Shown: positions 59,964-64,000 of the stretch, in pieces
Layout of the letters: each line of letters starts with the position of its first letter
Numbering within the stretch: position 1 is the first letter of the stretch
Assembly: GCA_050012035.1 (NCBI GenBank)
Contig: JBEKHY010000016.1
Span: 93,528-157,527 of the forward strand
Direction: 5' to 3'
Length of the DNA: 64,000 nucleotides
From: Verrucomicrobiota bacterium
GTDB lineage: Bacteria; Verrucomicrobiota; Verrucomicrobiia; Limisphaerales; UBA11358
Notes under the pieces: generated by a model
The model's database searches: none
What the model saw: only the letters and a program-made list of their open reading frames with translations
Told to the model about the DNA's origin: nothing
Position numbers and translations under genes: made by a program

Positions 59964-60629
59964 ATGAACTGCATAGTCACTGCCGGGCCGACCTACGAAC
60001 CGCTGGACGAGGTGCGCCGGCTCACGAACTTTTCCACGGGCCGGCTGGGCACGGAACTGGCCAATTTTCTGGCCGCGCGCGGACACAAGGTGACGTTATT
60101 CATCGGCGAACAGGCCACCTATGCCGGCGAACGGCGCGCGCACCGCGTGGAAATTTTCACCACCGCCGCCGATTTGCACGCCCGGCTGAAAACGCTCGCG
60201 TCCCGGCGCGTGGACGCGATTTTTCACGCGGCGGCGGTTGGCGATTTTACCTTCGGCAAAATCTGGCAGCGCGCGCCATCCGGTGAGCTGACGGAACTCA
60301 AATCAACCAAAAAGATTCCCACGCGCGAGGGCAAACTGCTTGTCGAACTGGCGCCGATGCCGAAAATCCTGGCCGAACTGCGCGGGTGGTTCCCGCAAAC
60401 GCGCATCGTGGGCTGGAAATTCGAGACGGACGGGGTGCGCGCCGACGCCATTAACGCCGCCAAACAACAAATCGCCGAATACCGCATTGACGCCTGCGTC
60501 GTCAACGGCCCGGCCTACGGCGAAGGATTCGGCGTGCTGTTGAGCGACAACAAGGCGGCCCACCTGCCGCACGCGCCAGCGTTGTTCGTGACGCTGGAAA
60601 AAATTGCGCGTCGCGATTCCTCGTCATAG
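59964..60629 (+). CDS. coaB: Stand-alone phosphopantothenate--cysteine ligase domain (CoaB-like)
   Basis: IVTAGPTYEPLDEVR.LTNFSTG.LG, HAAAVGDF, PKIL, VGWKFE. Confidence 0.8.
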   Translation: MNCIVTAGPTYEPLDEVRRLTNFSTGRLGTELANFLAARGHKVTLFIGEQATYAGERRAHRVEIFTTAADLHARLKTLASRRVDAIFHAAAVGDFTFGKIWQRAPSGELTELKSTKKIPTREGKLLVELAPMPKILAELRGWFPQTRIVGWKFETDGVRADAINAAKQQIAEYRIDACVVNGPAYGEGFGVLLSDNKAAHLPHAPALFVTLEKIARRDSSS

Positions 60630-60656
60630 CTGCGGCTTTCCAGCCGAGCCGGCGGT

Positions 60657-62381
60657 TCACACTTCGAAATTCTTCAGGCGTTGCAGACCCCATCGAAGCG
60701 GCAGCCAGCCGATCAAAAGCGACAGCAGCAGAAAGGCAGCCACACTGCCGGTGATCTCCCCGGCGCGCGCGTGCGGGCCGGTGGTGCCGAAACCCAGCAG
60801 CAGCACCGACGCGGTGATGTAAAACGAACTCAGCACCAGACACAGCGTGCCGCCAAAGCCGCTGACAATTTTCGTCGGGTTGGCGTCCTTGAAATTCGGG
60901 TAGAGCACGCCCAACCCGACTGCCAGGCCGTTGAGCGCCAGTGTCACCACGGTGACCACCGCCCCGAAAAAGGCGAGGCGGTCCCACGACATTCGCAACA
61001 AGTAGCACGAGAGCGTGGTCAGCCCGAACGTCACCAGCAACGACATCACGCTGGCCAGCCAGTATTTGGTTTTGACGACGCGCGCCAGACCCATCGGCGC
61101 CATGCCCACGACCCAGAGCCGCCGGCCTTCGAGGGAAAATTGCGGGAACACAAACCGCGTAGTCACCGTGGCCAGGTTCAGCGAGCACGCGAAGAGGTTC
61201 AGGAAGGCAATGAGATTGATCCAGAATTCGCTGGTCAACTGGTGCGTAAAGTTCCGCAGGTTGATGATGTAGGCGCCCAGCAGGCCGAACAGCATTACGG
61301 ACTGCCCCCATTGCGTGGTGTCGCGCCAGAACATACGCAGGTCCTTGACCGCCAGCGCGCGGGCGTCGCGATCAAGCCAGAAAAAAATGGCAAAAAACTT
61401 TTCGAGCAGGCCGGTGGCGTTTTGGCTTTTACGGCGGGCGCGAAACCAATGCCCTCGGCCGACGGCGCCCGCGCGGCTTTGCACCGCCGAGGCCGTGCCG
61501 TAAAACAAATCGCCGCAACGGGTGAAGGCGAGACTGCCAAAAAAGAGTGCATAGCTCAACAGCACCAGCGCGAAAAACGCCGCGCCGCGCAGCACGCCCT
61601 CCGTCCATTGCAGCACGGATGCGGTCAGCCAGTAGCTCGGCAAAAAGGGAAACATCGTGAACCGCGTCTTGGTGAGGAGCTGGTCGAGCGCCTGCAACGT
61701 GCGCGTGTCGAGCAATTCGTCCGTGGCGGGTTGCGCCTTCCACCAAAACGTCGCCAGGGCCAGCAAAACGGCCGCCGTGGTTACCACCGTCATTTGAAAA
61801 CTGCGCCGGTCCAAATACCTTCCGATCGCAATGGCCAGGGCCGCCCCCAACACCCCCGGCAGCACGATGAACAGCCCGATGAGCAGAACGGTGAGCAAAT
61901 AGAAATGCCACGGCGCGCCGCGCACCAGACCGAACGCCGCCAGCAACGGCGCGACCAGAAACAAAAACGCCCACGACGCCAGCAGCGTGGATTCGGTGAA
62001 TTTCCACCGGAAAATCGTCTGGGTTGAGACCGGCAGCGTGGTTAGAAATGCCGTCTCACGATTACGGAACAGGTTGGTGTAGCTGATGATGAGGTTGCTC
62101 AACAGCAGCAACGCAAACAAAAATGCGAACAGCACATACATCAGCCGCTCGGTCAGCACCGCGCCCAGTCCGGGAAACTTCGCGATGAATTTCATCCCGT
62201 GATAAAACAGCCAGAACGACAGGGCGAGATACCCGCCGATAAACAGCGCGATGAGGCCGGTCAGCAGCCGCGACTGCTCACGCAGCGACAACAACCGCCG
62301 CCACGCCTGCAGCGCGTTGACGCGCAGCAGCAGCCACAGGGGCGCGGGTGTGGAGTGTGTTTGAACAGAATGCCCGGGCAC
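60657..62381 (-). CDS. Putative ABC-2 type permease (fused, about 12-14 TMs)
   Basis: Two hydrophobic halves, FL.TLPV, KDLRMFWRD..QW, FSLEG..LW. Confidence 0.75.
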   Translation of the reverse strand: MPGHSVQTHSTPAPLWLLLRVNALQAWRRLLSLREQSRLLTGLIALFIGGYLALSFWLFYHGMKFIAKFPGLGAVLTERLMYVLFAFLFALLLLSNLIISYTNLFRNRETAFLTTLPVSTQTIFRWKFTESTLLASWAFLFLVAPLLAAFGLVRGAPWHFYLLTVLLIGLFIVLPGVLGAALAIAIGRYLDRRSFQMTVVTTAAVLLALATFWWKAQPATDELLDTRTLQALDQLLTKTRFTMFPFLPSYWLTASVLQWTEGVLRGAAFFALVLLSYALFFGSLAFTRCGDLFYGTASAVQSRAGAVGRGHWFRARRKSQNATGLLEKFFAIFFWLDRDARALAVKDLRMFWRDTTQWGQSVMLFGLLGAYIINLRNFTHQLTSEFWINLIAFLNLFACSLNLATVTTRFVFPQFSLEGRRLWVVGMAPMGLARVVKTKYWLASVMSLLVTFGLTTLSCYLLRMSWDRLAFFGAVVTVVTLALNGLAVGLGVLYPNFKDANPTKIVSGFGGTLCLVLSSFYITASVLLLGFGTTGPHARAGEITGSVAAFLLLSLLIGWLPLRWGLQRLKNFEV

Positions 62382-62463
62382 AGGCCGAAGGTAGCGTCAG
62401 ACACCAAAACGTGCAATCCTTGCCGTAGAAAACGCTTGGTTTTAGATTGTGTTCAGAGCCACG

Positions 62464-63246
62464 ATGAAATTGAGCAAAATCCACCGACGCCGGTTCATCA
62501 TTCTCGGCGCGTCATTGTTGATGCCTTGTGCGGTTGCCGCCGATGCAAGATGGATTGAACCGGCTTGGATTGAAATCCGTCGGCTCCGCCTGACCGATGG
62601 CAAACCGACTCATCGTTTTGTCCATTTCACCGATTTGCACCACAAAGGCGATCGCGCACATACCCGGTCCGTTGTGGACATGATCAATTCGTTGTCACCC
62701 GATTTTGTGTGTTTCACCGGCGACATCATGGAACAAGGGAAATATCTGCCTGAAGCCCTTGAAATTCTTTCCGGCGTCAAAGCGCCGATGTTCGGCGTGC
62801 CGGGCAACCATGATTACTGGAGCAAAGTGCCATTTGACGGAATGGTCAAATGCTTTGCCGCCACGGGTGGTGCCTGGCTGGTTGACGAACAGCAAGTGAT
62901 TGCCGGCGGGAAGATCAACCTCATTGGCATGGCCCGCATCGGGCCAAAACATCCTTCGCCTTCCGCTGTCCCCGGTATGAAAAACATTTTGCTGATGCAT
63001 TATCCGGCGTGGGCGAAATTGTTTAACAATCGGAAATTTGACCTGTTGCTGGCCGGCCATTCGCACGGCGGACAGGTGCGCATCCCGTTTTACGGGCCGA
63101 TCATGGTTCCTTTCGGCGTGGACGAATACGATCTCGGGTTGTTTCAAACCAAAGCCGGCCCGCTTTACGTGGGTTCCGGCATCGGTTGGTATCCAATCCC
63201 GGTGCGTTTCAATTGCCGGCCGGAAATCACGGTGATTGAAATTTGA
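62464..63246 (+). CDS. Metallophosphoesterase (YkuE-like)
   Basis: TDLH, TGD, GNHD, LMH, GHSHGGQ, RFNCRPEI; N-terminal RRRF twin-arginine-like stretch. Confidence 0.93.
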   Translation: MKLSKIHRRRFIILGASLLMPCAVAADARWIEPAWIEIRRLRLTDGKPTHRFVHFTDLHHKGDRAHTRSVVDMINSLSPDFVCFTGDIMEQGKYLPEALEILSGVKAPMFGVPGNHDYWSKVPFDGMVKCFAATGGAWLVDEQQVIAGGKINLIGMARIGPKHPSPSAVPGMKNILLMHYPAWAKLFNNRKFDLLLAGHSHGGQVRIPFYGPIMVPFGVDEYDLGLFQTKAGPLYVGSGIGWYPIPVRFNCRPEITVIEI

Positions 63247-63300
63247 GTGGCCTGCCATTTCCCGTTGAAGCCGCCGTGAACGATTTGTATCGTGCGGCCA

Positions 63301-64000
63301 ATGTCGCCGCCGGAAACCAAACCTTCTCCATTGGACACGCCCGTCACTTCATTGTGGGGCGTTGGCGCGGAACGCGCGGCGCAACTGGCGCGCCTCGATA
63401 TTCTCACCGTTGTGGATTTGCTGCGGCACCGGCCGCGGCGTTACGAAGACCGCCGGCATTTCCGCGCCATCGCCGAATTGACCCGTGATGAACCGGCCAC
63501 CGCGCGCGGCACCATCGTCGCGCAGGGTCTTAAACGCTTTCGCAAGGGGACAAAATCCGTCTTCGAACTCATCCTCGACGACGGTACCGGGCGGTTGCAT
63601 TGCCGGTGGTGGAACCTGCCGTTCATGGAAAAATATTTTGCCGTCGGCGATGAGGTGTTCGTCTTCGGCAAGCTCGTCGAAATCAAGCCGCGCACCATGG
63701 ACCATCCGGAATCTGAAGTCATCGAAGGCGGCGAAGAGAGCTTCATCCACGTCAACCGCATTGCGCCGATCTATCCGCTGACCGAGGGCCTGCCGCAACG
63801 CTGGCTGCGCGGACTCATCTGGCGGACGTTGGAAAGATTTGAAAGCAAGATTGAAGAGCCGCATTTTGTAGGACAGGCGTCCCGCCTGTCTCCATCTTCA
63901 GGTTCTAAAAGTCAGGGACAGGCTGGAAGCCTGTTTTACCCAACGCGCGCGAATGCCGTTCGCATGATTCATTTTCCTGAAGAACTGGCCAACGTGGAAA
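63301..64000 (+). CDS. recG: ATP-dependent DNA helicase RecG, N-terminal part (runs off the window)
   Basis: Not in the ORF track. From ATG 63301: LWGVG...DLL.H.PRRYEDR, DDGTG, HPE, I.PIYPLTEGL, IHFP. Confidence 0.92.
   Translation, partial: MSPPETKPSPLDTPVTSLWGVGAERAAQLARLDILTVVDLLRHRPRRYEDRRHFRAIAELTRDEPATARGTIVAQGLKRFRKGTKSVFELILDDGTGRLHCRWWNLPFMEKYFAVGDEVFVFGKLVEIKPRTMDHPESEVIEGGEESFIHVNRIAPIYPLTEGLPQRWLRGLIWRTLERFESKIEEPHFVGQASRLSPSSGSKSQGQAGSLFYPTRANAVRMIHFPEELANVE

Noticed and set aside
49553-62027. Long antisense ORFs (for example 49553-51010 and 60681-62027)
   Set aside because: Typical stop-poor shadows of GC-rich membrane-protein genes on the opposite strand, with no recognisable motifs.

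Overview
GC-rich bacterial chromosome segment. Gene content and repeat style suggest Verrucomicrobiota, subdivision 3-like (inference). Left to right: a ROK sugar kinase with a BsuBI/PstI-type restriction-modification pair, a MacAB-like ABC exporter, the SAM-cycle locus (ahcY, metK, SahR-type regulator with a visible operator), leuS-coaX-birA-nadC, a minimal secretin cluster (GspE, L/PilMN-like, M/PilO-like, GspD) followed by a DUF11 surface protein and a beta-barrel, a GldAFG-like ABC/DUF4340/AsmA operon, DUF2851, an accessory patch ending at rtcB, a six-gene MglA/MglB locus, uppP, LysM, MFS, a degenerate sulfatase, two paralogous GT-C-like membrane proteins, an AmpG-like MFS, coaB-like, a metallophosphoesterase and the start of recG. 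No rRNA, tRNA, CRISPR array, integrase or transposase was recognised. Most notable: (1) a divergently transcribed small-GTPase module with up to four Roadblock-like domains and a REC-DUF4388 protein under back-to-back sigma54-like promoters; (2) three integrase-free islets bracketed by duplicated gene ends or terminator/REP sequence; (3) many REP-like palindromes, several inserted in frame in leuS, recG and other genes; (4) a sulfatase-fold protein with most catalytic residues replaced. All family assignments are from motif recognition, not database searches.
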